Shown here: piece after piece, positions 35,495-47,160 of the stretch
Numbering within the stretch: position 1 is the stretch's first letter
Layout of the letters: every line of letters begins with the position of its first letter
NCBI GenBank assembly: GCA_040437565.1
Contig: JBDOQK010000014.1
Coordinates: forward strand, 372,001-436,000
Reading direction: 5' to 3'
Source: Albugo candida
Taxonomy: Eukaryota
Length of the DNA stretch: 64,000 nucleotides
The notes under the pieces: generated by a model
What the model was told of the DNA's origin: nothing
The model's database searches: none
What the model saw: only the letters and a program-made list of their open reading frames with translations
Translations under genes and position numbers: made by a program

Positions 35495-37795
35495 GGGAGC
35501 CGCTAACCATCCCTCACCCTTAAATACAGCACTCTTGTGTTACGAGTTCTGGTTGGCTAAAGAGACTATACTTATTTTAATATATCACAGACCGTTCGAA
35601 ACGCGAGAGCTGGCAAGTTTCGCCATACCATAACTGTTCCGTTTTGCCAGTCATGGGTCAATTTGAAGACATCGTCGACACTACTTACGCGTCTTTAGAA
35701 GAGGCTATAATTAGCAGTAACCCGTCAATCTCAAGATGAGGGCTTCGTATTACTTGCAAAAGAACAAGGAGAATTGGAAACCGTTTAGACGGTGAAATCA
35801 AAGCTATGTGACTTAAATGCTCTTGTGCGAAGAAAGCAACTTTCATGTCCCAGAAGCGTAAACGCGTACGTGGAAGCCGTGGAAATCGATGCCAGTCTGC
35901 TTGGATGATTCGCTGAATGCTAGGACACGGAGACTTGGTTCACTGGGTTGTTGAGGCCAATCAACTTGAGCACAATCACGAGCCTTTCGTAGATGCTGCC
36001 GTACATCCACAAGGCCGTGCTCTCAAAATCGATGAGTGACTACAAATTTCAAGCTGTCTTCGGTCGGGTCTGGCGTCTGCGCGTATCGTCACAAACGCGC
36101 AATATCAATCTCACGGTAACACCTCGTGATGTGTACAATATTTGTGACTCGGAAAGTAGGCATTTGTTACGTGGTAGAACACCGCTGGCTGACCTTCTTG
36201 ATGGTATTGAATCTGCAAGTCTTTCTGCGCCGTATCATACAAAGTTTGACGCTGAACGGCGACTGACTCACCTATTCATTGTCTCTCCATCGGCGAAAGA
36301 ACTTTGTTGCATAGTACTGGGAGGATCTGGTTACTGGACTCTACTTACAAAACTAAACGTTTGGACTTTCTCTTTTGCACGTTGTAGGAGTCAGCGCGAC
36401 AAGCTAAACTTTCACTTTTGCTTACATATTCATGGCTGGAAAAAGATCCGTGGACTACCTTTGGGCTATAAGGCTTTTGAAACAGGCGTTCGTGAACTCC
36501 TTGGTGTCTCCAGTGACTTTTTCACCGATAGGGAATTAGCTCGTATGAATGCACTTGACGATGTATTTCCTGCAACTAACAATCGCTTCTGTCGCTGGCA
36601 CATCAGTAAAAATATCCTCGCCATGCAGCGTAGGACGTTCGAGTATATGGAGGCATTCAAGGAGTTCACGGGCCAATAGATCGCGTTGGTAATGTCATCA
36701 ACAGCTTACATTTACCAACGCCGTCTTACTGAGATGCGGGAGGCCTTCCCGCGTCAAGTCATGACATAAATTGAAGAGACTTGGCTTGCGCACAAAGAAA
36801 AATTTCTGTCTGCTTTTCTGCTCGGCAACTGCATTTTGGTCATACAACGACTTCAGGAGTGGAGAGTGCGTACTCTGCGTTGAAGAATTGGATTTCAGTA
36901 TCAACAGGCGACCTTTTGATGGTAGGCTCCGCTTGCCGACTGGCGTGCGAAGGGCAACTTGAAGCCATCAAACTGCAAACCGCACGAAAGCGTGCAATCG
37001 CCGATATGCAGTTTGAACAAGTCTTTGCTGGGGCAATGGGGAAGGTTTTGGTGGCAGCGATGAAATCAGCTTCCAAACAATACAGAGACAAGGATGATGA
37101 AGGAGGCTGTCAAGGCATGTTTGTCTCGAATTTCGGTCATCCATGCAAGCACGACTTCCGATCAAGAGCAGCCGCAACACCGAGCCGCGGCCTTTATCGC
37201 GATGATCTTGAGACACATTAGTGGCTGGTTCAGCCTGTTCGGGGGAGATGGACCCTTGCACCAACACGATCAATAGACGAAACACTAAAATGGGCTCGCG
37301 AACAATACGACGAGGGTTCGACATATCACGAAAGGGTGATCCTCGAACACCTAGTTACCATCCCGGATGAAAATGTCCTAAATCCTTCAAATCCACGTAT
37401 ACGCGGACGTCCTTCAGGATCGACGCAGCGCAATTTATCGCAGTTTGAGGTGGTGGAGGCGTCTTTTCGACCGAAAAAACGATGTGGCAACTGTGGACGG
37501 ACAGGACACAACAGAAGAACGTGCAATGAATCTCGTAATAACGACGATGCGGCTTGCTCAGCCAAAGCTAAGATCCATCGTGATACTTTGGATACTGTCG
37601 ATGATTAAGAACATGTTGGTTTGCGTCTTTTTATAGAGCTTATTGCTCGTTTAAGCCAATCTTAACATTGTAAAACTGCTTCTTAGATAAGTGTAATCTC
37701 TCTAGCCAATCAGAACTCGTAATCATAACTTAAGGGTGCTGTATTAAAGGGTGAGGGCTGGTTAGCGAAAGCTGCGGGCTGGTTAGCGGTAGCCC
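35495..37795 (+). mobile_element. Mutator-like element D nested inside element C
   Basis: Left GGGAGCCGCTAACCATCCCTCACCCTTAAATACAGCAC...TTACGAGTTCTG.TTGGCTA matches the reverse complement of 37685-37795. Flanks CCAACAAA (35487-35494) and CCAAAAAA (37796-37803) form an 8-bp TSD with one mismatch. Confidence 0.85.
35650..37608 (+). pseudogene. MULE transposase pseudogene of element D with C-terminal zinc knuckle
   Basis: HNHE (FAR1/WRKY-like), TDRELARMNALDDVFP...CRWHISKNI, HFGHTTTSGVESAYSALKNWI, RGRPSGS and RCGNCGRTGHNRRTC; frameshifted. Confidence 0.85.
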
Positions 37796-39189
37796 CCAAA
37801 AAATTTCAAAACTAATCTGTAGTTCACTTTAGGGGATGTGGCGATAACAGTTCCCTAATATAATTTTAATTTAGGGGGTGTGGTGATACCGGCTCCCATT
37901 TATTTAGGATATTCAGGGGGTGTTACGATTCCGGTGTTCTCAGTTGAGGAAGGGGTGTAGCTATACCAAAAGTGGTGTCTGGCTATATCATACCGAATCC
38001 CAATTTTATGGTAATATGTGCTGAGTGAATAGGACTGATAAGTTGAGTTCAATTTTAAAGTGTGTTCGTGCCTAGTTGTAGTTGAAAGTGAGTCACCGCG
38101 CGTGATGGGTGAGTGGTGTGGCTGAGTGATGAGTAACGATTACTGATGAATTTAGCCAATGAATCAGGGGGGGAGTGAATACTAAAGGCTTCCCTAAAAG
38201 AAGCCAATTATAAGTAAAGGTCCAAAGTGTCACTTAACAAAAGCTCGATTCTATTTTGTGAACTTTTCTCTTTGCATCTATTACTCACGAGAACCTCAAG
38301 CCACTATACCAGTGACAAGTACTCAAATGAGTGATTCTGCAGACAGGAGTGATCCTTATGCGGAATTACATTATATTCAGATCAAAGGCCACAACCACGA
38401 GCAGAGTAGACACAAATGTCACCAACATGTCGATTTTATAAGGTGATCTGCAATCGTCGGTTTCCAGCTGCGCTGAACAGCAGGTCGCTCGACATTATTT
38501 GATAGGCGATCTGAACTGGTTCGATTAGCTACCCTATCTGCACAATTTCCAAATGGATAAATACACACTCCTAAGTTGGAATCTGCTTCTCGTTGCAAAT
38601 GCACACATATGTGAAATGAAAGAAGATGAAAAACCTCAGTTAAAATAAGTGTGATTTTGTAGAATCGTGGATGTCTTCGCATCTATCCAGTGAACAGATT
38701 AATATTATGCCATATCCCGATATTATAAAAGATCAAGTGGTAGTATTGTGAGGAGGTAAAAAAATCCTTTCTGGATGTATTAGTTTTTAAGTAACGTTGC
38801 GTCCCTTTGATCCAGATTCTTACAATCGTGGAAAACAAACCCGTTTTTATAAATAAATAATTTATATGTTGTAGTAAAGTCATAATACATCAATTTTCTG
38901 TATATATGAGAGCTGCTCACTCATCGTAACTCCGATGGAATATTAAGGTTTAGACGAAGTCTGGAGACATATGCGTTGCGAACGTTTACACGAAACGTTG
39001 ACTGCGTCAACCGTACAATCGCACAATTTTGTTGCACAAGCACGGGTACGTCATCGCTGGCAGTCACACCATAAACTTTCCCAGTTATGATATGCAGCTG
39101 CCACAAGGTTTCTGTTCCACTCTTGAATTGTATGGTCCAGCGGAGCCGGTAGAGTTGCTGGTTCATTTCCATATGTACCAGCCAGGGCA

Positions 39190-39990
39190 ATGCTGGATGC
39201 GAAAATACTAGTTTGGCTCTTTGGGGCATTCCTCTACAAAAGTGCAAACAGTCTCCCTCTGTTGGTCACACAGAAAATTTCATCCGACCCAACTTCGTAT
39301 AAGCTAATCATGCCTGATACATTGATTAGCCGAGAAGGGGCCAGTGGAGAACACGAGATCACACTCTTTAGCCCTCCGAATCTGAAGATTTTTCTGTTCC
39401 AAATTTATAGAGTCCGTTTTGTAGCTTTCAGGTGGGTTGCTGCTAATGACCAGCCAACAATACACATTATGCCAGCAGAGGGGGCGACTGCTCTCCGTGT
39501 AAGTTGTCATTTTGATGACCCGAAAGACTTCTCCTCGACACGAATCGGTCCACTGTCGCTCTTTATCAAGCGGAGCGATATCAAATCCCAACGTGAAGCC
39601 GTCTATTTTGACTTTACAAATGTTCACAGCAGCTTTCCAGAATGGGCATATGACCATCTCAATAAAGCCTTCTCAGAAAAAGTTGAAAGTACTCAATCGA
39701 TTGATTGTGATCAGATCCCCCTTTCGACGTTCACGTTTCACTATGGAGAGAAGATACTATTCAAGCTATCTGGTCCGAATTATTTTGTGCGGAGCAGCAG
39801 CAACAACAAAGTGTGCTATTTTGCAGTTCAACTCAATAAAGACAAGAATTGGGTCATTGGTGCTGCACTTACCAAGACTCACGGAATCTTGTTCCGAGTG
39901 TCAGATCAGAAAAAGTATCAGATTGGCTTCTCTCCATCTTTGTGGTTGAAAGCAATAGATGAACTACTAAACATAATTGAATCGAAATAA
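39190..39990 (+). CDS. Secreted protein with a degenerate pepsin-family (A1) C-terminal lobe
   Basis: Signal-like MLDAKILVWLFGAFLYKSANS. The C-terminal half VYFDFTN..FP..AY..L...IDCD..P.STFTFHYG...FKLSGPNYFV...CYF...WVIGAAL...LF...QIGFS follows the pepsin C-lobe pattern, but there is no DTG/DSG motif. Confidence 0.6.
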   Translation: MLDAKILVWLFGAFLYKSANSLPLLVTQKISSDPTSYKLIMPDTLISREGASGEHEITLFSPPNLKIFLFQIYRVRFVAFRWVAANDQPTIHIMPAEGATALRVSCHFDDPKDFSSTRIGPLSLFIKRSDIKSQREAVYFDFTNVHSSFPEWAYDHLNKAFSEKVESTQSIDCDQIPLSTFTFHYGEKILFKLSGPNYFVRSSSNNKVCYFAVQLNKDKNWVIGAALTKTHGILFRVSDQKKYQIGFSPSLWLKAIDELLNIIESK

Positions 39991-40799
39991 TACTTCTCTT
40001 GTCCACATGAAGTCTACCTTGACACGCACAGCGTGAAATAACTGTTTGCATGCAGCTACTCCCCAAAATAGTAATCTTTCTACTCCAGTAAGAAGACTCT
40101 GTAATGCCGCAAAATGTGTTGCGTGACATTGCGTGCTACGTGATACAACGGCTTTTATAGGACCTTCTTACAATAGTGAACCTTCCTAAATGGACTTTGT
40201 GACTCGATGTCCAAATCACTGGTTTTGATCTATCAGAGTGCTTATCATCCAACATCGTTTCCATTTAATCAATATGCAGCATCTTCTTGTCAAATTTGGC
40301 TCATATCGTCGTAGAAAAGCCAAGCGATGCGCTGGTGACTAACATCGCTACATACCTTACATACTTGTACGCTCATAAGTATAACTTTCAAGGATCGTGT
40401 TTATTTCGAAATACATCTGAAGCTATATTATGCCTTCACAAAGTCACCGCTTACAGTATGGCAAGGAATTGCGAGCAACGTATCGAATCCTGATACAATA
40501 ATAGCAAAGCGACTCGGAGGAGAAGTGCATGTGGCAAAATATACATATTATCGAGGCTTATAATCGCCAACGAAAGCGAATCAGAATAATTTTGTGCGCT
40601 TAGACGACAACTCAATGTTGTTTTTGTCTTTTTTTCATTCAAGCTTGGTTGCTAAATAGTCGTGGCATTGCAATAGCGAAGCAACGAAGGAGATTTGCGC
40701 AAGCCACGATAGCTGAATCGCATGTCAAAACAGAGAGGCAGTCTGAAGGTCTTGGTCTTGAAATGAAGCGTTGGCTTCAATCCTTTTCTTGCAGGCTCA

Positions 40800-41850
40800 A
40801 GATTGACGCGCAAAAGATATTATGAACCTAATAGGCTGATTGAGGATTCTAAAAGTATAGGATACAAACGTGCTGGTTTACGAAGTGCTACCTGGAGGAT
40901 ATAAGTGAGTGATAGCTTGTCACAGAGGTCATATCAAGGATTAGAACTTGTGAGGTCTCTTGGTGTTGAATGATGTGAAGCAGTCAGAGAAAAAACGGCT
41001 AAGTTCTTGAAGGGTAGAAAGTGGTGCAGATCATAACCGCTGTCAAAAGCCATGCTAAAGTCAAGTGCTTCAGCTCGTGGTAATGAGAATTGTGGCATCA
41101 TGAGTGTGGGATATTATAATGTCGCTAAAGGATGCGGTGGTTTTTGCATTGCGACGCCGGCTCATACCACTAAATTTACCAAAGAAGATGGGATAAGGCC
41201 TTACAAAAGCAGTAAGAAAGAATTTACATCAGACTCCGAGACTTAACCGGGCATGGATAATGGGGATGATTGAGTAAGAGATTTGTAAGCAAAGTTTGAA
41301 AACGAGAAAACTCTAGCTTCCCTTTGGAACTCTCGACATGATCTCTATGAAGTCGGCAAAGTAAACGATGTTGAGTTCATGTGCCCACGCAAATGAATTA
41401 CTATCCTAGAAAAGTATCTGGTACCGAGGCGTTCACGGGCGATATGATGAGTAGAAAACTGCAGGCTGGAATTTCGATAATGGATACGCGTTCTATGCTC
41501 AAATATGACAAGACTTTATCCCAAAGTTCAGAAGTGATCTAAGAGATACTTGTGTTCAAGAAACTGTGATGTGTCAGAACAATATTGCCTTCGATACTCA
41601 AGAAAGTAGCCTGTGATAGTAACAAAGAAGTGAGTTTTCGTAAAAGGAAAAGAGGAAGGCGTGTAGAACGGTTTTCAAATCATTCTTCAAAGGGGTGTAC
41701 GTATTGTTTGGGGCAAAGAGCATATCGAATATCCTGTATGGAATGTTGGAAGGCTCCTGTTATCCATAAAGAATGCTGTAGTAATTGAGGCGACCATCTT
41801 TCCCGATGATCATGATGAGCTTCTTGCTCACAGTATGAATTACCCGGTTG
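40800..41850 (+). mobile_element. Possible Ty1/copia gag-pol relic
   Basis: Weak, stop-riddled similarities: HECGIL (knuckle-like), FTSDSE..GM (protease-like), NDVEF...ELLS and QRAYRI...AVVIEATIFP (post-integrase-like). Confidence 0.3.
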
Positions 41851-43131
41851 GCTCAAGCAATCTACAATGTTAATATTTCGATTGATATAAGTAAATTGTC
41901 ATGTAAATTATACGCGGCTGGATCTTGAAACAAATCGAGAAAGTGTGTATGGCGGCTCCGCTATTGCCATCGCAGTGTGACTTGCTGAACTTTTCAAGAA
42001 AGAGGAAGATGAAGCGGTTCGTAAACATGCGAGAAATAAGTAGTATTGAATCTGTGCGACGTTGTAATACATAACAGTACCTTGTAAAATCATCGCAATA
42101 ATGATGGAAACATCAAGATGCTGCTCATTTCAGCGATGAATGAAATGATTTTGTTTACACCGAGAGCGGGAAATTAAAAGATAGCCAGACCAATAATGCT
42201 CGCAGTAGGGACGCTGTTAATGCTGGACTATTACATAAATGCAAGTACCATCTTTATAACACTACAGCAATAGATATGCCTGCTGGAATCAATAAAGGCC
42301 AATCTACACTCATATTTTTTGAGCAATGTGATACGCTCACTTTCACTGTCCCACCACCGATATATTTTGAATTTGCATCCTTTATACTTGTATAAGCACA
42401 CTTACCAGAAGGCCAGTCTTTTGTTATCCTCTGATGACTCGGGCACCACCATCGAGATTTACTACTTCGATAACCATCTCTCCGATGATGCATTATAGGA
42501 TCGACCTTCACAATCAACCATTTCCTTGTTCTGACATTGAGGATGAATAACCCTGCATATAAACGCACATGATCGCTTTCAAGTAATTCTTCTTTGCGAA
42601 CGATATCGAAAGCGTCGTCATTGGAACTGCTGAAATTGGAACAGATGAAACAAACGTCATTGGCAAGCCTTACAAGGTTGAACTCGTCAGCTTGCATCAC
42701 GTATATTCTTCTCCTGATCTTGCATTGTATTGCCAAAAAATCTATGAGATAGGCAGTAATTTATCGTTCTCATGATTGTAAAATTGCTTTGATAGAGAGG
42801 TTTTGCTTAATAGAATATCAAGCATTCGCATTTGCTTGCAAGTGGATGATGTGCAGTAATGTCAGCCAACAATGTAGTACGCGTTTACTCACTCTGATTG
42901 CACTTTCACATTCGAAATCTGTATTTGGTAGACTAAAATACACGAGGTGAAATGACGATCACACAACTGCAATCTCAATGACCCTACTATAAAGTACTCG
43001 GTCGAATGCACAATAAGTCTCGGCGAATAATTGTATAGTAATAGCTCATAAAGCAGCGAGCATGACGACTTATTCGTCATAATTACCAAGTAACTCGAGA
43101 TGTAATTGGTAGTAATCAACATCGGTCTTAA

Positions 43132-44703
43132 ATGAGCTCTCGATCTGATGATCAGAACCATGAAAAAGAGGGACCAAGAATCGCCGATGTGGATGCCTTA
43201 AGAAAAAAAGGAGAACGAGAAGCATCGAAAATTGAAATCGATGATACAGCAGGAGGAACTTCTCGACCTAAGGAGTCGTCAAAGAGTGCTCGGTCTCACA
43301 AAAAGGCATCATCGCCACGTAAGAAATGTAGTAAGGATAGAGGAGCAGTATCTCGTCGCAAAAGTCCATCACGTTCACGAAGTGCGAAAAGGAAGACTCC
43401 GACTACCCAGAGACGAAGTGCGACTCGAGACTATCGCAGAATCTCTCAATCACGCGACAGACGAGAGAGAAAAAGGTCGAGAAGTTCCCGTCGTCGTGAC
43501 CAAAGGTCCAGAGATCGTAGCTCCAGAAGGAAGGATGGGAGTGTTCATAGAAAGAGAAGAAGTAGGCGAAGTGGAAGCAGAGGAAGTAGGAGCAGAAGTT
43601 CTTTTCATACATCTCAGAAACGCTCATCTATGCAGAGACGTGGCAACCAGCAAAGTGATTATAATCATGAAAGGAGAAGCAAAAGTCGAAGCGGTTACAG
43701 GAGGTACAGCAGAAGGAGTAAAAGTAGGAGTATAGATACTCTGTCGCGCCACAAAGATACGTATCGAAATCGGGGTACTCTTCGAAGAAGAAGCAATAGC
43801 TCGAATGGAAAGGAGCGCGATCAAAAACGATCCCGATCCATGCGGTCCTCAATAAATGAAAAAAAAGATGGTCACAGAAGGAAACATACTAGTAAAAGTT
43901 CAAGTATTGAGCGAACAAAGCAAAGTCAGCGATCATCACATAGCGACAAAGGTGAAAAAGATGGTTCTCGTGTGCGAAATAGTAGCTCAGATTCGAGACA
44001 AGATGATCATCGACAAAGTTCGAAAACTCGATCAGTTTCTCAAGCAAAAAAATCAACTAAATCAAGAATGGGTAGTCCTTCTCAGCGTTCAAGTGTCCAC
44101 TCGACTTCTGCCCGAAAAATCGAACGAAATCAATCTGATCGTCAAAAGAAGAATACAGCATCACCTGCACACTATGACGGTAAAAATAGTGGTATGATAG
44201 ACTCAGCTATGAAGAAACGAGACCACGTTACTTCACCAGACTCAGCTTCTTGCGGACATGAATCTCAGAGAGCGACTCCGTCATCTACAAAGACGGATCC
44301 GAATCCGAATTCACGAGATACGAGAAACGGAGATCGTCATGACAAATCATCGAAACCGTACGGGAAGGGCGACGCATGTACACCTCCCAAGTCCCGGAAT
44401 TGTAGCGGAAGCGTATCAGGCGCACACAAAGTCACTGCATCCAAATCCGCAAACAGCCTGTTCGTAATAGATTCTACACTACAGAAGAAAATGGATGCCA
44501 CCAATGAGACGAGAAGTATTGCTCTCAAAGCAAATTCTGACTCAAATCGAGCAGAAATTCGCTGGCGATCAACTCAAGCGGAGCTAGAAATCGCAGAATA
44601 TTGGCTCGAAACCATGGCTCAGAATCTTATCGATGTGGGTAAACGAATCGAGTTGCACGATTGGAAATGGAAGGAGTTTTTGAAGGAAGCTAATGAACCG
44701 TAA
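43132..44703 (+). CDS. Arg/Ser-rich intronless hypothetical protein
   Basis: 523-aa ORF with dense RS/RSRS low complexity and a short ordered Trp-rich helical C-terminus; no RRM seen. Confidence 0.6.
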   Translation: MSSRSDDQNHEKEGPRIADVDALRKKGEREASKIEIDDTAGGTSRPKESSKSARSHKKASSPRKKCSKDRGAVSRRKSPSRSRSAKRKTPTTQRRSATRDYRRISQSRDRRERKRSRSSRRRDQRSRDRSSRRKDGSVHRKRRSRRSGSRGSRSRSSFHTSQKRSSMQRRGNQQSDYNHERRSKSRSGYRRYSRRSKSRSIDTLSRHKDTYRNRGTLRRRSNSSNGKERDQKRSRSMRSSINEKKDGHRRKHTSKSSSIERTKQSQRSSHSDKGEKDGSRVRNSSSDSRQDDHRQSSKTRSVSQAKKSTKSRMGSPSQRSSVHSTSARKIERNQSDRQKKNTASPAHYDGKNSGMIDSAMKKRDHVTSPDSASCGHESQRATPSSTKTDPNPNSRDTRNGDRHDKSSKPYGKGDACTPPKSRNCSGSVSGAHKVTASKSANSLFVIDSTLQKKMDATNETRSIALKANSDSNRAEIRWRSTQAELEIAEYWLETMAQNLIDVGKRIELHDWKWKEFLKEANEP

Positions 44704-46291
44704 ACTCAAGCGTTGAATGGCGCTGAGACCTCTTCCCGGCTGCGATGCATTTTACAAGCAATTTTGGCATGACAACTTCTGAGATGGAAAGCAAGGTTGT
44801 CAATCCCGGGAGACGTTAACTAAGTGTGGTGAAAAGCTATTTAAAATCGTGTATTAAAGTTCGGTCTAACGAAACAATCAGAAGGCATCAGAGATGCGCT
44901 GATGATATCATGAATTTAGAAGGCCTTGGAGGGCTTTACGTGGTCAGATTGTGCTTGGTTGAAGGGCTTGGATGTAGCATGGCGAACTAAGGAAACTAAC
45001 TGGATAATGATCATTTATACAAGACCCTTTTATAAGTCCCTCTCTTACAGTCGGATGGTCTGTCAAAGACAAGTTAGACATCTTGAGCGTGTCTTTTGCG
45101 ATCACTCGCTCGTCAGTAAACAATAATGCGGCGCGCGACCACTGTTTTTCATCGATAAGCACACCAGTTGGATGAAAACTTGTTGGAGAGCGTCTTGAGC
45201 TTAATCCTTAACGTTAGAACTTGAGCATAGATCGCAGCCTTCCGGTTACTGTTGAGGATAGACATCAAAAAAAGGTCTCAGTAAAATCAGAACCGATCGC
45301 GGCGTCAAGGCAGTACTTCGATTCATCCATCCGTTGTATTGCAATATGGACGCATATCAGTAAACTTGGACTTAATTGATTCCACCATGCGACCCAGATG
45401 AAAATGCAGTCGCAGGTGGTTCCAATCTGTTTCTCTTTTTTTGGTGACATTGGCTATCGGTATATTAAAGCGCGTGAACGTAAGTTTGGTGGTTGCTCAA
45501 CAACAAACCTAATTGTATCGTACAGCCAAAAAGACCGAAAAAGCACTTCTTACAAAACATGTGCTTCGGTATGTACTTGGAGAAAGATATTTGGGACCAA
45601 CAAAACTGACATGCGACTCACTCTCAATTTGTTACAAAAGACCCCACCAGTATTCAGAGTCACGGCATAAACTTTGCGGACCACGAGAATGCTAAATATT
45701 GTGAATGCATTGAGCCAGTTATTTGACAGAAACACAGGCATTTTTATCCAAAATTATGTACGACTACGATATCGCTTCTGGGCGAATAATATAGATATTT
45801 GATCGCGCACCAGATCCTGGAAATTCACGGTGATAAGCTTAAGCGACGGACGAGCGGTTATCTTCGGATTTCTTAAAGCTGAAGCCATATGATGCTATAC
45901 GTGTGCGAGCAATGGAGATTCAGTTTTATACAAACCAAAGACACTCGTCGTGTACCAATCGTATTTTTCGATAAAAATTGATCATCCATTTCGTAGCAAC
46001 TTATTGGTACTATTTGGGTATCTGTGAATTCTCCATACTAGAGAAATATATAATTCGTAGCATCTTTCCAGAATGGTTTTTGTAAAACTTACACAACCCC
46101 GGCCGCCAGTAGGTGTAGTTACTGTGAATATATATGTTTCAGCAAAGCCTTCAAGCGTTACGTCCGGTACCGTCATCCATTCTCCATCCGCGTAAAAGCG
46201 TAGGCATATCATATCGCTGGCGCATTTGAGTATTTGTGTAATTTACTGAAATACAGCGTAAAGATCATGGTCCGCAAAAACCACACACAAG

Positions 46292-47122
46292 ATGAGCTCT
46301 CAGAGTAATACGCATAAACCTTGCGCGGTAATTGAAGAAAACTTACACAGTAAATCAGATACAGATGAAAGATGTGATCAATTCCCATTTGATGGTGCTG
46401 AAGAAAACAGCGTAGATAATCAGGTAAAGGAACCAATCGAACACCCAAATGTTACACAAACCGCTGCGGATGAAAATCAGATCGATGATGGACACTTGCA
46501 AAATTTCTACAATTACGCTGACATTTTTCCGGAGCTTCTTATTTTGAAAGAGAACTACTCCATCATATTAGAAGAAATGGCGGCTGCAGAAAAAAGCAAA
46601 AATTGGCCGATTTGGCCTGAAAATCATTACGTTTCTGAAAGTCGAGAATGGAGGATTTTACCGTTTTGCTATACCTTTCCTGCTTTCGACGCATCGAAGA
46701 CAACCTGGGTGGACGCGACGTGTTCTCAGTGTCCGAAAACAGTTAAGATCCTTCAAAGTCTTCCTAATCTTCGGACCGCGCTATTTTCGAAACTAGGTCC
46801 AGCTACGTGTCTCAGTGCACATCGCGGTTGGGCGGATCTTTCAAATCACATTCTACGTGTTCATTTATCGCTTGTGGTGCCAAAATTATCAGATGGATCT
46901 CCCTGCTGTTCAATGGTTGTTGGAAACGAAGCGCAAGTACACGAGGAAGGCGAATTGATAGTATTTGACGACAGTAAATTACATTATGCTTACAACCGTC
47001 ATCCAAGCAAAACACGAGTGGTGCTTATCGTAGATTTGCATCGTCCAGATCACATTCCTCGCGGGCGTGCTAGAGGGGGCCACACAAACGAGCTAGATGA
47101 GTTTGTCAAGGTTTTTGGCTAG
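46292..47122 (+). CDS. Aspartyl/asparaginyl beta-hydroxylase-family 2OG-Fe(II) dioxygenase
   Basis: CPKTVKILQSLP..ALFSKLGP...SAHRG...LRVHLSL...FDDSKLHYAYN...RVVLIVDL. Confidence 0.85.
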   Translation: MSSQSNTHKPCAVIEENLHSKSDTDERCDQFPFDGAEENSVDNQVKEPIEHPNVTQTAADENQIDDGHLQNFYNYADIFPELLILKENYSIILEEMAAAEKSKNWPIWPENHYVSESREWRILPFCYTFPAFDASKTTWVDATCSQCPKTVKILQSLPNLRTALFSKLGPATCLSAHRGWADLSNHILRVHLSLVVPKLSDGSPCCSMVVGNEAQVHEEGELIVFDDSKLHYAYNRHPSKTRVVLIVDLHRPDHIPRGRARGGHTNELDEFVKVFG

Positions 47123-47160
47123 CATATTCTGCAGTATAGACATCCAAACAATTTTTCCAC

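Larger units (their letters stand above)
33150..38001 (+). mobile_element. Mutator-like element C with ~130-bp TIRs
   Basis: Left ggaattaggtatagcc...ggtatagctacaccc...aactgagaacaccgg...accccctaaatatccta matches the reverse complement of 37870-38001. Both flanks contain AATTTT. Confidence 0.85.
32044..38194. mobile_element. Outer TIR element A (non-autonomous shell hosting three insertions)
   Basis: Left GGGAGCCTTTAGTATTCACTCACCC versus reverse complement of right GGGAAGCCTTTAGTATTCACTCCCCC, with further match ctgattcat.ggct.aaattca. Many subterminal TTCACTCA/TGAGTGA repeats on both sides. TSD unclear (TAAAA on both flanks). Confidence 0.75.

Noticed and set aside
42254-42880. 160-aa minus-strand ORF with an upstream hydrophobic stretch
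   Set aside because: Non-ATG start, interrupted by stops and without a family signature; too weak to call.
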